A DNA stretch of 64,000 nt. It comes from Negaprion brevirostris (lineage: Eukaryota). The notes below the pieces were generated by a model. The model worked only from the letters and a program-made list of their open reading frames with translations, had not been told where the DNA came from and did not search any database. This document shows positions 63,336 to 64,000 of the stretch, piece after piece. The first letter of the stretch is position 1, and every line of letters begins with the position of its first letter. A program made the position numbers and the translations under genes. The stretch lies in the NCBI GenBank assembly GCA_030324005.1, contig JARDVH010000163.1, forward strand, positions 40,259,078 to 40,323,077, in the 5' to 3' direction.

Positions 63336-64000
63336 GGTACTCAATGACATCTCACTTTTGTTTGGATCAGCAAGGTACCTGGCAGATGGAGACGAAGCTA
63401 CCAAAACATTTAAGAGTGTTTGTCTGCCCAGTACGGCTATCACACTTTCACCCAATACAGATACTGTACACACCACCGGCTCAAGTTTAGAGTATTCAGA
63501 TATTGGTTGGTTAATAAGATCACTGCTGAAGTTTCATCAGTTTAAACTGTACAGTACAAGTGGGAATCTGGTAAGCTTTAACTGCTTAGTCAGTAATGAC
63601 ATGCCACCTTCCACAGTAGTGGCTCGCAGGATCACCAGAAAGAACAGAAATAACCCCAGCCCCCATTACTAACTCTATTTTTCCAGGTACAATTCATGAG
63701 TCAAACAAGTGGTCTGATCTATCGTGAACGGTGTTGTGGAATATGAGTGATTCAGTATGTGCTGTAAGTTAGCATATGCTTTGTGCAAATTAAGAACAAT
63801 GTAAAGGCTGAAGTTGACAAGCAGAGGGGAAGTGATGGCCTACTGATGTTATTCACAGACTATTAGTCCAGAAACTCAGCTAATGTTCTGGGGATCCGGA
63901 TTCAAATCCCGCCATGGTAGATGGGGGAATTTGAATTCAATAAAAAACTTGAAATTAAGAATTTACCAATGACCATAAAACCATTGTCACTTGTCAGAGA

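Noticed and set aside
63246-63672. ORFs in the last GIGYF2 intron as possible GIGYF2 or KCNJ13 exons
   Set aside because: There is no resemblance to the GIGYF2 penultimate exon (KMVRADPSLL) or to Kir7.1, and the region overlaps LTR-like sequence.
1-64000. CRISPR arrays, operons or other prokaryotic or viral systems
   Set aside because: The sequence is vertebrate genomic DNA; I saw no regularly spaced repeat-spacer array and no intact viral or transposase ORF.

Overview
Eukaryotic genomic DNA from a cartilaginous fish, most likely a shark. The evidence is dense HE1-type V-SINEs, DeuSINE/SacSINE1-like SINEs, CR1, Rex1, Gypsy and Penelope relics; it is a draft assembly with many N gaps. Three host genes are supported. 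(1) An intronless-CDS GPR35/GPR55-like class A GPCR at 1098-2015 (+). (2) A complete three-coding-exon SNORC (C2orf82) orthologue on the minus strand (49426-49354, 33225-33052, 27747-27638; 118 aa), which the ORF track does not assemble. (3) The last coding exon and long 3' UTR of GIGYF2 (62026-61959, -). The most notable observations are a U2-snRNA-derived dispersed repeat present as two inverted copies in SNORC intron 1 (possible snRNA-derived SINE family), an intact cartilage proteoglycan gene SNORC in a shark with a candidate extra 48-nt in-frame exon, a GPCR mixing GPR35 and GPR55 signatures with a Y7.53F change, and MITE-like elements with 3-bp TSDs. Gene and repeat identities come from my recall of known sequences; no searches were run, and repeat boundaries are approximate.
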